A stretch of DNA of 40,000 nucleotides from an uncultured Alphaproteobacteria bacterium. Its GTDB lineage: Bacteria; Pseudomonadota; Alphaproteobacteria; Rhizobiales; Beijerinckiaceae. This document shows positions 16,322-25,034 of this stretch, piece by piece. Under the pieces are notes generated by a model. It saw only the letters and a list, made by a program, of their open reading frames with translations. It was not told the origin of the DNA and did no database searches. A program made the translations under genes and the position numbers. The DNA is taken from positions 308,357-348,356 of the forward strand of contig CAWKNU010000002.1 in NCBI GenBank assembly GCA_963851175.1, given 5' to 3'. The stretch's first letter is position 1. Each line of letters begins with the position of its first letter.

Positions 16322-16909
16322 CTAGCCCCGCCCGCAGAACATCACGTCGGTCTCGGTGATGATGGCGTCGAGCGGCTGGTCGTGCGGTTCGGTCGGCACG
16401 CTTGCGACCTCCTGGACCGAAAACGCGACCCCGATCGCGAGGACCGGCTTGCGGGTGCGCAGCGCCGCCAGGGTATTGTCGTAGAACCCCGCCCCATAAC
16501 CGAGGCGGAAGCCGCGCCTGTCGAAGGCGGCGAGCGGGACGAACAAAAGATCGGGATCGACCGAAGGAGCGGTGGAAAGCGGTTCGGGGATGCCCCAATT
16601 GCCGGGCGCAACCGGATCGCCCGATCGCCACAGAAGAAACCGCAAGGCGTGGCCGCGCGCGACCGTCACGGGCAGCGCCGTGGCAATGCCGGCCTGCGTC
16701 AGGGCCTGGAAAAGGGGAACCGTATCTGCCTCGTCGCGGATGGGATGGTAGACCGAGACCGTGCTACCTCCACCGGCATGGCGGTGGACGAGGTCCGGGC
16801 CGATCTCGGCGAGTCGTTGGGCGAAGCTCTGCCGCACGCCGGGCGAGACTCTGGCCCGCTGGGCCAGAACATCCTTCCGCAGCGCAGTCTTGTCCGCGGG
16901 AAGATTCAT
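16322..16909 (-). CDS. 5-formyltetrahydrofolate cyclo-ligase
   Basis: The sequence contains ...KTALRKDVLAQR... and ...LFVPLAAFDRRGFRLGYGAGFYD.... The GYG.G.YD motif is typical of the family. ATG is at 16909, and the stop lies 4 nt before the ymdB-like start. Confidence 0.85.
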   Translation of the reverse strand: MNLPADKTALRKDVLAQRARVSPGVRQSFAQRLAEIGPDLVHRHAGGGSTVSVYHPIRDEADTVPLFQALTQAGIATALPVTVARGHALRFLLWRSGDPVAPGNWGIPEPLSTAPSVDPDLLFVPLAAFDRRGFRLGYGAGFYDNTLAALRTRKPVLAIGVAFSVQEVASVPTEPHDQPLDAIITETDVMFCGRG

Positions 16910-16931
16910 CGAGGCAGGACGTCCAGGAAGT

Positions 16932-17128
16932 GCGGAGCCACAGTGGCCGTGGGACATCGATCCCGGGAACCTACAACGTAGGTGGGCGCCATGTGACCAA
17001 GCCCACGAGCGAGGTCAGGGACAGCTCCCTTCAGAATCGATAAGGCCCCGGGAATACAGATCCACACGCACCCCGCAGCCCCGCCCGACCAATGTAGAGC
17101 CGCCCGGCCAAAATTGCCAGAGCCCCGC
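16932..17128 (-). ncRNA. ssrS: Candidate 6S RNA (SsrS)
   Basis: This non-coding gap lies immediately upstream of, and co-directional with, the 5-formyl-THF cyclo-ligase gene, the classic ssrS-ygfA synteny. On the minus strand the 5' arm GCGGGGCTCTGG..TGGCCG pairs with the 3' arm CGGCCA CTGTGGCTCCGC. Inner helices CTACA/TGTAG and GGT-GGGCG/CGCCC-ACC flank a large central region containing a small hairpin, GGGAgctgTCCC. The ends are approximate. Confidence 0.5.
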
Positions 17129-17174
17129 GGACGGATTTCATGCCCCGGCGCAGCATCTGCGGTGCGTCCTCGCA

Positions 17175-17858
17175 TCAGGCCGCAAGGCTGCGAAAAAGGC
17201 CGAGTCCGTCGGTCCCGCCGGTCAGCGGGTCGACGGCGTTTTCCGGATGCGGCATCAGGCCCAGCACGTTGAGGCTCTCGGAATAGATGCCGGCGATGTG
17301 GTTGCGCGACCCATTCGGGTTGCCGCCATGGCCGGGATCGCCTTCCGGACCGCAATAGCGGAGCGCTACTCGCCCCTCGCCCTCGAGCCGTTCGATCGTG
17401 GCATCGTCCGCCGTGTAGTTGCCTTCCCCGTGCGCCACGCAGAACTGAACCACCTGGCCGCGATCGTAGCCCGCCATGAACGGGGTATCGGTGCGCTCGA
17501 CCTTCAGATGCTGCATGCGGCACACGAAGTGCAGATCGGCATTGCGCATGAGGACGCCCGGCAGCAGGCCCGCCTCGCAGGCGACCTGAAACCCGTTGCA
17601 GATGGCGAGAACCCGCCCGCCCCGGCCGGCATGGGCCCGCACCGCATCCATGATGGGGGAGCGCGCCGCGATGGCGCCGCAGCGCAGGTAATCCCCATAG
17701 GAGAAGCCGCCCGGCAGGAGCACGAGGTCGGTGCCGGCCGGCAGGCTCGTTTCGTTATGCCAGACGAGGTCCGGCTCGCGTCCGGTCACGAGCCGCAGGG
17801 CCCGCGCGGCGTCCCGCTCGCGATTGATCCCGGGGAACAGGACGATCGCCGCCCTCAT
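17175..17858 (-). CDS. purQ: Phosphoribosylformylglycinamidine synthase, glutaminase subunit PurQ
   Basis: The sequence is [16 protein letters not shown]...[12 protein letters not shown]...ICNGFQ...MPHPE. The ATG overlaps the purS stop (ATGA). Confidence 0.93.
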   Translation of the reverse strand: MRAAIVLFPGINRERDAARALRLVTGREPDLVWHNETSLPAGTDLVLLPGGFSYGDYLRCGAIAARSPIMDAVRAHAGRGGRVLAICNGFQVACEAGLLPGVLMRNADLHFVCRMQHLKVERTDTPFMAGYDRGQVVQFCVAHGEGNYTADDATIERLEGEGRVALRYCGPEGDPGHGGNPNGSRNHIAGIYSESLNVLGLMPHPENAVDPLTGGTDGLGLFRSLAA

Positions 17859-18106
17859 GGGCGCCCGTCCAGGATCTCGATGGCGTAGTCCTCGACCACG
17901 AGATTGGCCAGCAGCCGTTCGCAAGCCGCCCGCAACTCCGCCTCGGCCTTGGCGGGATCGTTTTCGGCAACGACGATGTCGAAGAGCTTGCCCTGCCGCA
18001 CGCTGTCGATCGCCGGAAAACCGAGCCCGTGCAAGGCGCCCTCGATGGCCTTTCCTTGAGGATCGAGAACGCCGGCTTTCAGCGTGACGGTGACGCGCGC
18101 ATGCAT
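17855..18106 (-). CDS. purS: Phosphoribosylformylglycinamidine synthase subunit PurS
   Basis: [30 protein letters not shown]...VRQGKLFDI... is 83 aa and typical of PurS. The listed ORF start at 18166 is an upstream extension. Confidence 0.88.
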   Translation of the reverse strand: MHARVTVTLKAGVLDPQGKAIEGALHGLGFPAIDSVRQGKLFDIVVAENDPAKAEAELRAACERLLANLVVEDYAIEILDGRP

Positions 18107-18355
18107 GGAGAGTGATCTCGGGTCGGGAACTCTCCCAGGCTTAGCCAGGATGATGCCTCGAAGCAATCCGGCGAACCTGTGCCGAGAACTCCTGGTCGGG
18201 CCCTTCGGCTCAGCATGGGGCGGAAAGGGCCGTCACCCGATTGCCCTGGCATCCTGGTCGGCTTTCCTTGGCTTCGGGAACCTGCGATGAGGGCATCGCG
18301 CCACAGATCGAGCGAACCTGGCTCCGGCGCGCCATCCATCGGTCGAAGGAGAACC

Positions 18356-19013
18356 ATGACCCCGCAAATGATCGTGTTCGACTGCGACGGCGTCCTGGTC
18401 GACAGCGAGGTCCTCTCGATCCGCGCCATGACGGGCGTGCTGAAGGACGCCGGGGTTCCGGTGACCTACGGAATGATCGCCCGCTACTTCGGCATGAAGC
18501 AGGCCGACATCCTGATCAAGCTGGCCAACGAGACCGGGGCGAACATCGGGGTCGAGGTCGCCGAGCGGATCTGGCCGGCCATCCGGGATCTGTTCGAGCG
18601 GGAACTCAGGCCGATGCCGGGCATCATCGAGTTTCTCGAGCGGCATTCGGAGGTCAAACGCTGCGTCGCCTCCTCGTCCAGTCCGGAGCGCATCAGGAAC
18701 AGCCTGCGCCTGACAGGGCTGACCGGATATTTCAACGAGGCCATCTTCAGCTCCTCGCAGGTTGCGCGCGGCAAGCCGGCCCCGGATCTGTTCCTGTTCG
18801 CTGCCGCCACGATGGATGTCGATCCGCGATCCTGCGTGGTGATCGAGGATTCCCAATTCGGCGTAAAGGGCGCCATCGCGGCCGGCATGAGCCCGATAGG
18901 CTTCGTGGGCGGAAGCCATATCGAGGCCCATCATGCGGATGCGCTGGTGTTCAGCCGGAGCGATCCATGTCGAGAGTTCCTGGGCCGCGGTGGAACAGCG
19001 CCTCTTCGGCTGA
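18356..19013 (+). pseudogene. HAD-IA family hydrolase with an apparent +1 frameshift near the C-terminus
   Basis: The sequence is MTPQMIVFDCDGVLVDSE...ASSS...GKPAPDLF...VVIEDSQFGVKGAIAAGM...GGSHIEAHHADALV. The original frame then runs into an Arg-rich tail to 19189 that overlaps a minus-strand lipoprotein ORF. The next frame gives SAGAIHVESSWAAVEQRLFG*, ending at 19011-19013. The switch is near 18947-18951. The 658-nt span is 3n+1. Confidence 0.6.
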
Positions 19014-19053
19014 ACCGAACATCGCGATCGGAGGAGCGCCCCTGCGGCGCAAT

Positions 19054-19194
19054 TCAGCGTGGCCCGGGAGCCTCATGGCACGAGTGGGGCTTGGCGAAGG
19101 GATCGACCAGGAAATTGTCGGCGCACTTGTCGCAGGCCGCCAGGGTGGCCGCGATCAGCAGGAGGCCGACGAACCGAAAGGCGCGATGACGCAT
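19054..19194 (-). CDS. Candidate 46-aa small lipoprotein
   Basis: MRHRAFRFVGLLLIAATLAACDKCADNFLVDPFAKPHSCHEAPGPR has a signal peptide plus a lipobox (LAAC). GGAG lies about 11 nt upstream. No homology was recognised. Confidence 0.4.
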   Translation of the reverse strand: MRHRAFRFVGLLLIAATLAACDKCADNFLVDPFAKPHSCHEAPGPR

Positions 19195-19316
19195 CGTGGG
19201 TGAGGCTCCGTTGACGCCGGGGTCCTCCGGCGATGGTCGCGATCGCACGATAGCAGATGGCAGGGCTTCGCGCAGCAAGCTCGCTTTCGCCCGGGCCAGC
19301 GTGTAGAAGCCGCCGC

Positions 19317-20033
19317 ATGTCTCCCACCCTGCTCTTCGACATGGACGGTACGCTCGTCGATACCGACCATCTCCATTTCGCCGCCTTTCAGACCATTTTG
19401 GCCCCGCACGGCGTGACCCTGGACTGGAGCACCTATCGCAAGTTCGTGATGGGCAAATCCAACGAGGTGGTCGGCGCCAAGCTGCTTCCGCACCTGCCCA
19501 GCGACCGCCATGCGGCGATCCTTGACAGCAAGGAAGCCGAGTACCGGACCATGGTCGGCGACCTCGACCCGGCGGACGGCCTCCTCGATCTGCTGGATTG
19601 GGCCGATGCGACCGGCATCGCGGTGGCGGTCGTCACGAATGCGCCGCGCGAGAGCGCCGAGCATGTGCTCAAGGCGCTGAACATCCGGGCCCGGTTCAAG
19701 GCCATCGTCACGGCCGATGAGGTCGCAAGCCCCAAGCCGCACCCGATGCCTTACCTGACCGCGATCGAGCTTCTCGGGGGCGATCTGCGGCGTTCCGTGG
19801 CGTTCGAGGATTCGAGCGCCGGCGTGTCCTCGGCCGCGGCGGCGGGATTGCCGGTGGTCGGGATCGCGGCGCCTCTCGATGAGAACGACCTGCGCGGGCA
19901 CGGGGCCTCGCTGCTGATCCAGGATTACCGCGACCCGCTCCTGATGGGATTCCTGCGCCGTCATCTCGGGATCGAGGAGGGCAGATCCGGTCCGCACGAC
20001 ACATCGACCTCCGGCGCGACAGCCGGAGCGTAG
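19317..20033 (+). CDS. HAD-IA family hydrolase (beta-phosphoglucomutase-like subfamily pattern)
   Basis: The sequence is MSPTLLFDMDGTLVDTD...VVTNAPRE...SPKPHPMPYL...AFEDSSAGVSSAAAAG. ATG is at 19317. Confidence 0.8.
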   Translation: MSPTLLFDMDGTLVDTDHLHFAAFQTILAPHGVTLDWSTYRKFVMGKSNEVVGAKLLPHLPSDRHAAILDSKEAEYRTMVGDLDPADGLLDLLDWADATGIAVAVVTNAPRESAEHVLKALNIRARFKAIVTADEVASPKPHPMPYLTAIELLGGDLRRSVAFEDSSAGVSSAAAAGLPVVGIAAPLDENDLRGHGASLLIQDYRDPLLMGFLRRHLGIEEGRSGPHDTSTSGATAGA

Positions 20034-20192
20034 ATCAGGGAATTCAAGCCGTGATTCTGCGGCCGGCCGGTCCGCGTTCCCTGGTCTGAGGGCGTCGATG
20101 CTTTCTTTTGCGGCACTCGAAGGCTAAAAGGTCGGCACCTTGGTGATCGTCGCCGACCAGGCGCGGCAGCGTCGTTCGTAAGTGGAAGGCCA

Positions 20193-20837
20193 TTGCCAAA
20201 GCACATGCCTTCATCGAACGACCACTGGTTCCCGCAGGACTTGCCCACACCTATGCGCCTCTCCCAGGTACTCACGACGCTTGCGGCCGAGCCTGAGGAG
20301 CGCATCAGCTTTCGATCCATCCTCGGCCTGCTGAGTGATCGCTCCTTCGCGATTCTTGTGGTGCTGCTCGGGTTGCCGAATTGCCTGCCGATGCCTCCAC
20401 CGGTGCCCACCGCGTCGGCGCTGCTGCTGATCCTGCTCGCGACCCAGATCGCGACGCGCCGCTCCGAACCGTGGTTTCCGCGCGCCGTCTTGAAGAGTTC
20501 GGTCGCCCAGGCGGATCTTCGACGCGCTGTGGGCCGCGCCCTGCCACTGGTAAGTATTCTCGAACGATGGTCGCGCCCGCGCTGGCACGTCTTCGACCCG
20601 CGAACCGGAGCCGTGCTGAGCGCGGTGCTGCTGATCACCATGGCGCTCGGCATGCTGACCGCCGCGCCGTTGATCGGCCAGGTGCCTTATGGCCTCGCGG
20701 TCTGCCTGATCGGCTTGGGACAGGTCGAGCGGGACGGCATGCTGGTGATGTCGGGCCTCGTAGCCGGCCTGATCGGAGCCGCGCTGAGCGCGGGTTTCAT
20801 CTACGGCGTCTGGCTGGCGGTCCGCGATCTGATCTGA
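20193..20837 (+). CDS. ExoD family exopolysaccharide synthesis membrane protein
   Basis: The sequence contains ...ISFRSILGLLSDRSFAILVVLLGLPNCLPMPPP...P.FP...GLGQVERDGMLV..., the ExoD pattern, with several TM segments. Confidence 0.8.
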   Translation: MPKHMPSSNDHWFPQDLPTPMRLSQVLTTLAAEPEERISFRSILGLLSDRSFAILVVLLGLPNCLPMPPPVPTASALLLILLATQIATRRSEPWFPRAVLKSSVAQADLRRAVGRALPLVSILERWSRPRWHVFDPRTGAVLSAVLLITMALGMLTAAPLIGQVPYGLAVCLIGLGQVERDGMLVMSGLVAGLIGAALSAGFIYGVWLAVRDLI

Positions 20838-20970
20838 AGGGCGCTCCAGCGACTCCGCCCGAACCGCTTGATCGTCGCCTGCAAGGCAAAGATCACCGCC
20901 TGCCGATCAGCACAACGAACGCCCGGCTGCTGTCCTGGACCTTCCCCTGTCGAGATCCTTCCGCCGAATC

Positions 20971-22509
20971 ATGCCAAGCAAACCCAACATCCTCATCGTG
21001 ATGGTCGACCAGTTGGCGCCCGCGTTCCTGCCGGTCTATGGGCATCCGCTGGTCAAGGCGCCGAACCTCGAGGCCCTGGCAGAGCGCGGCGTCGTGTTCG
21101 AAAGCGCCTATTGCAACAGCCCGCTGTGCTCGCCCTCGCGCACCGCCTTCATGACCGGCACCCTGCCCTCGCGGTCAGGCGGATACGACAACGCCGCCGA
21201 GTTCCGGGCCGATCTTCCCACCTTCGCGCATTACCTGCGGCGGCAGGGGTATCGCACCATCCTGTCCGGCAAGATGCATTTTTGCGGGCCGGACCAGTTG
21301 CATGGCTTCGAGGAACGGCTCACCACGGACATCTACCCTGCGGATTACGGCTGGACGCCGGATTGGGAGCATCCGCTCGAGCGGCCCTCCTGGTACCACA
21401 ACATGAGCTCGGTCACGGACGCCGGGCTTTGCGTGCGCACCAACCAGATTGACTTCGACGAGGAGGTCGCCTTCGCGGCCGAGCGGGCGATCTACGACCA
21501 CGTGAGGGGCAAGGACGACAGGCCCTTCATGATGGTGGTGTCGCTGACCCATCCTCATGACCCGTTCGCCATCACGCCGGACTACTGGAACCTCTACCGC
21601 CACGAGGACATCGATTTGCCGCGCGTGAGCGGCGCAGACGTCGCGCTCGACCCTCACAGCGCGCGCATCCGGCATGTCTGCGCCATGGACGCGGTCAAGA
21701 TCACCGACGAGCAGATCCGCAATGCCCGGCACGCCTATTACGGCGCGATCGCGTTTTGCGACGCGCAGCTCGGCCGGCTTATGCAGGCCCTCAAGGCCAC
21801 CGGGCTCGACGACACCATCGTGTTCTTTCTCGGCGACCATGGAGAGATGCTCGGTGAGCGTGGCCTCTGGTACAAGATGAACTTCTTCGAAGGGGGCGCT
21901 CGCGTACCGCTGCTGATCTCCGCGCCGGGCCTTGTCGAGCCCGGCCGCGTATCGGCGTCCGTGTCGCTGGTCGACGTGCTCCCGACGCTGGTCGAACTGA
22001 CCGGCGGAGATCCGGCCCGCTTGGCAAGCCCCATCGATGGCCGGAGCCTGGTGCCGCATCTCACCCGCACCGGGGGGCACGACGAAGTGATTGGCGAATA
22101 TCTGGCCGAGGGTGCGGTCGCACCGATGGTCATGATCAGGCGAGGACGCTACAAGTTCATCCATTCGCCGGCCGACCCCGACCAGCTCTACGATCTCGAG
22201 GCCGATCCGGATGAGACCATCAACCGGGCGGGCGAAACCGAGCATGCCGGCCTCGTGGCCGAATTCCATGCCGAGGTCGCCAAGCGCTGGGATCTTCCGG
22301 GGCTCGACCGGGCGGTGCGCGAGAGCCAGCAACGCCGGCATCTCGTCGATGCTGCCCTCACGATCGGCACCACCAAAGCCTGGGACTTTCAGCCCTTCCG
22401 GGACGCCTCGCGCCAATACATGCGCAACACCATCGACCTCGACGAACTGGAAGGCATGGCGCGTTTTCCCCGAACGGCTCCGGCCAGCAAGGCAGAACCG
22501 GAGCCTTGA
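20971..22509 (+). CDS. betC: Choline-sulfatase
   Basis: MPSKPNILIVMVDQLAPAFLPVYGHPLVKAPNLEALAERGVVFESAYCNSPLCSPSRTAFMTG carries the sulfatase CxPxR signature (CSPSR). It is followed by ...LSGKMHF.GPDQLHGFEERLTTDIYPADYGWTPDW... The 512-aa length is typical of BetC. Confidence 0.88.
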   Translation: MPSKPNILIVMVDQLAPAFLPVYGHPLVKAPNLEALAERGVVFESAYCNSPLCSPSRTAFMTGTLPSRSGGYDNAAEFRADLPTFAHYLRRQGYRTILSGKMHFCGPDQLHGFEERLTTDIYPADYGWTPDWEHPLERPSWYHNMSSVTDAGLCVRTNQIDFDEEVAFAAERAIYDHVRGKDDRPFMMVVSLTHPHDPFAITPDYWNLYRHEDIDLPRVSGADVALDPHSARIRHVCAMDAVKITDEQIRNARHAYYGAIAFCDAQLGRLMQALKATGLDDTIVFFLGDHGEMLGERGLWYKMNFFEGGARVPLLISAPGLVEPGRVSASVSLVDVLPTLVELTGGDPARLASPIDGRSLVPHLTRTGGHDEVIGEYLAEGAVAPMVMIRRGRYKFIHSPADPDQLYDLEADPDETINRAGETEHAGLVAEFHAEVAKRWDLPGLDRAVRESQQRRHLVDAALTIGTTKAWDFQPFRDASRQYMRNTIDLDELEGMARFPRTAPASKAEPEP

Positions 22510-22604
22510 GGGGCAGCAGGCCGGTTTTCGAGCCGCCCTTGCGGTCCAGGGGGCGCCTCGTGCAAGGTCCGGCGTCATTCGCGGCTCTCAGGAACGGAAC
22601 CCGC

Positions 22605-22844
22605 ATGCGCAGCATCATCGCAATTGGCTTCCTGGCGGCATCCATCGCCGGTACGCCCGCAAAGGCCAAGGAGGCGCCTCGGCCCCAGCAAACCCATCAT
22701 GCGACCGGATGCGAGTGGGCCGGGCCGGGCTTCGTCAAAGCCGAAGGAAGCGACACCTGCCTGCGGGTCGGTGGCTCCATGCGGGCGGAATTCTCGGCCA
22801 CCAGCCGCAAGCCCGCCTACCTGCCTGGTCTCCCGGACAACTGA
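22605..22844 (+). CDS. 79-aa signal-peptide protein resembling only the N-terminus of Rhizobiales porins (Porin_2-like fragment)
   Basis: The sequence is MRSIIAIGFLAASIAGTPAKA, then ...GCEWAGPGFVKAEGSDTCLRVGGSMRAEF.... The pattern C..(Y)GAGF...G(T/S)DTCL(K/R)(I/V)GG..R.(E/D) is the start of the beta-barrel in that family. The ORF stops after about 80 codons. Confidence 0.5.
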   Translation: MRSIIAIGFLAASIAGTPAKAKEAPRPQQTHHATGCEWAGPGFVKAEGSDTCLRVGGSMRAEFSATSRKPAYLPGLPDN

Positions 22845-22853
22845 CCGTCGATT

Positions 22854-24237
22854 TTAGTAGGCACATTCCGCAAACACGGGATCGACGCTTCCCTTCCACG
22901 GACCATTGAATTGCTCGATCAGATCCTCGGCCAGGGTCCGGCCCCGGTCCACGATCTTTTCGAGCGGTGCGAGATAGCCGGTTTCGTCATGCCCGGCACT
23001 GTCCAGCTTGCGCCGTCGCTGGAGGCCGCCCTTGGCCAGTGCCAACACGTCCCGCGCCACCTCACGCACGCTCTGACCACAGATTTGCGCCCCGAGCCCC
23101 AGGCGTGGAACCTCGTCGCGCAACTTCTGGCGAGACTCAGTGTCCCAGGGGCTGACCAACTGCGCCGCTGAATCGAGCGCGGCTGCGTCATACAACAGCC
23201 CTGCAAACAACGCGGCTAGAGCGGCGATCATCGGAGCAGGACCGACGTCCGCGCCGCGCATCTCGAGATAGCGCTTCAGGCGGACTTCAGGAAAGATCGT
23301 GGACAGGTGATTGGCCCAATCCGAGAGGGTCGCTCGCTCGCCCGGGAGATCCGGCAATTGTCCCGCCAGCAGATCGCGAAAACTCCGGCCGGTCACGTCG
23401 TGATAGGTGCTGCCGCGCTTGACGAAGTACATCGGCACGTCGAGCGCATAATCGACGTAGCGCTCGAAGCCCATGCCCGGCTCGAACGCGAACGACATCA
23501 TGCCCGACCGCGCCTTGTCGGTGTCGAGCCAGATGTGGGAGCGAATCGACTGCAGTCCGTTGAGCTTGCCGTTCGGTGAAGGGCGAATTGGCGAACAAGG
23601 CGGCCACGACGGGCTGCAGCGCAAGCGACACGCGAAGCTTCTTCACCATGTCGGCCTCGCTCGCATAGTCGAGGTTGACCTGCACGGTCGAGGTCCGGAA
23701 CATCATGTCGAGGCCGCGAGTGCCCACTTTCGGCATGTAATTGGCCATGATCCGGTAACGCCCCTTGGGCATGACCGGGGTTTCCGCAAGGCTCCATTTG
23801 GGACTAGCACCGAGGCCGAGGAACCCGATGTCGAGCGGCTCGGCAACCCGCTTCAGATGCGCCAGATGCCCATCAAGTTCATCGCGCGTCTGGTGCACCG
23901 TGTCGAGCGGCGCGCCCGAAAGCTCGAACTGGCCGCCGGGCTCGAGGGAAATCGCACCCCCGGCACCATCGTTCGCAAGTCCGATCAGGTTGCCGTTGTC
24001 CTCGATCGGTTCCCAGCCCGAGCGCTCCTGCAGGCCTTCCAGCAGAGCCCTGATCCCGCCTCGTCGCGCTCCCGGCCCTTCATAAGGCACGGGGGCCAGG
24101 TCGGTGCGGAAAAAGGGGAACTTCTCGTGCTCTGTTCCGATCCTGGAGGCATCGCCGGACTTGCTGCCCTGCTCGAACCAAGCCGCCAGTTCGTCACGCG
24201 ATTCGATGGGCGTGGAGTCCGTTGTGTCGCGAGCCAT
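22854..24237 (-). pseudogene. gshA: Glutamate--cysteine ligase (plant/alphaproteobacterial GCS2 type), interrupted by an apparent +1 frameshift
   Basis: The N-terminal part (24237 downward) is MARDTTDSTPIESRDELAAWFEQG...IGTEHEKF...ALFANSPFTE. The C-terminal part, in the next frame, is GKLNGLQSIRSHIWLDTD...RYLEMRGAD...FAECAY*. The junction on the minus strand is acc gaa [c] ggc aag, at about 23570. The 1384-nt span is 3n+1. Confidence 0.85.
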
Positions 24238-24467
24238 GCTGTCCGTTCACGCCGATGGCCGGCATGGGATGCCGGAGGAAAAAAGCAGGCCGCGGGGCCG
24301 CGCACGCTAGATAGGCGCAAGGGCCGCCACTGGCAACGCCGTGCCGATTTGGCCGATCCAGCACATTGGATCGCTCCTATCGAAACAATCTGTTTCGCCG
24401 CGCGTTGCCGCAACACTATGCTGCTTTGCCGTTCTCGCGCGGGAACGGCTTTCCAAGGGAGTGCAAA

Positions 24468-24707
24468 ATGACCTCGTTCAAAAAATCGCTGATGCTGGCT
24501 TGCGCGGCCTCGGTCCTCGGAATCGGCATGGCCGTTGCCCAGACCGATCCGAACGCGGCGGCCCCGGCCGCGGACCCCGCAATGGCCGCACCTGCGGCTG
24601 GCGCAGCGGCTCCGGCTGCTAGCGATGCCACTGCGATGCCCAAGAAGAAGCACTCGAGCAAGAAGCATCATCACGCGAAGAAGCACAAGAAGATGAAGTC
24701 CATGTAA
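24468..24707 (+). CDS. Small secreted Ala/Pro-rich protein with a His/Lys-rich C-terminus (Asr-like composition)
   Basis: AAGGGAG precedes the ATG. MTSFKKSLMLACAASVLGIGMAVAQ is a signal peptide. It is followed by TDPNAAAPAADPAMAAPAAGAAAPAAS and then MPKKKHSSKKHHHAKKHKKMKSM. A strong terminator follows. Confidence 0.6.
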   Translation: MTSFKKSLMLACAASVLGIGMAVAQTDPNAAAPAADPAMAAPAAGAAAPAASDATAMPKKKHSSKKHHHAKKHKKMKSM

Positions 24708-24721
24708 CTTTAGGTTACAGA

Positions 24722-24757
24722 AGCCCCGGCTCGCGATGCGAACCGGGGCTTTTTCTT
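24722..24757 (+). terminator. Rho-independent terminator
   Basis: agccccgg-N13-ccggggct is followed by ttttctt. Confidence 0.65.
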
Positions 24758-25034
24758 GCCTATTAGGCTCTCCGTCTTTCTTGTCCACCCATAGCGGCAC
24801 CTGATCTCGATGTCGCCTAAGACAGACCAAGACCGGCGTCGCACCTATCGCTTCAGCCCGAACCGCTGGCTGATCTGGCCACGGCGCGATTGTCGCACTC
24901 GCTCGCCAAAGACACTTTGGCCGCGGCCGATTTAGCTTTCGGTGATTAAATCGACGTAGGTCTTATTCCGCCAGCAATAATCGAAATTGTTAACATGCGG
25001 GGGGTAGTCTCTGGCCGAACCAGAGACCCAGACC

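Noticed and set aside
18107-18300. A possible ZTP (pfl) or purine riboswitch in the long leader upstream of purS. It contains cgggtgacggcc and gcctggga, faintly like the GGGUCGUGACUGGCG and CCGCCUGGGCA elements.
   Set aside because: The matches are short and imperfect, and I could not build the expected pseudoknot or P1-P3 arrangement by eye. It would need cmsearch (RF01750, RF00167) before it can be claimed.
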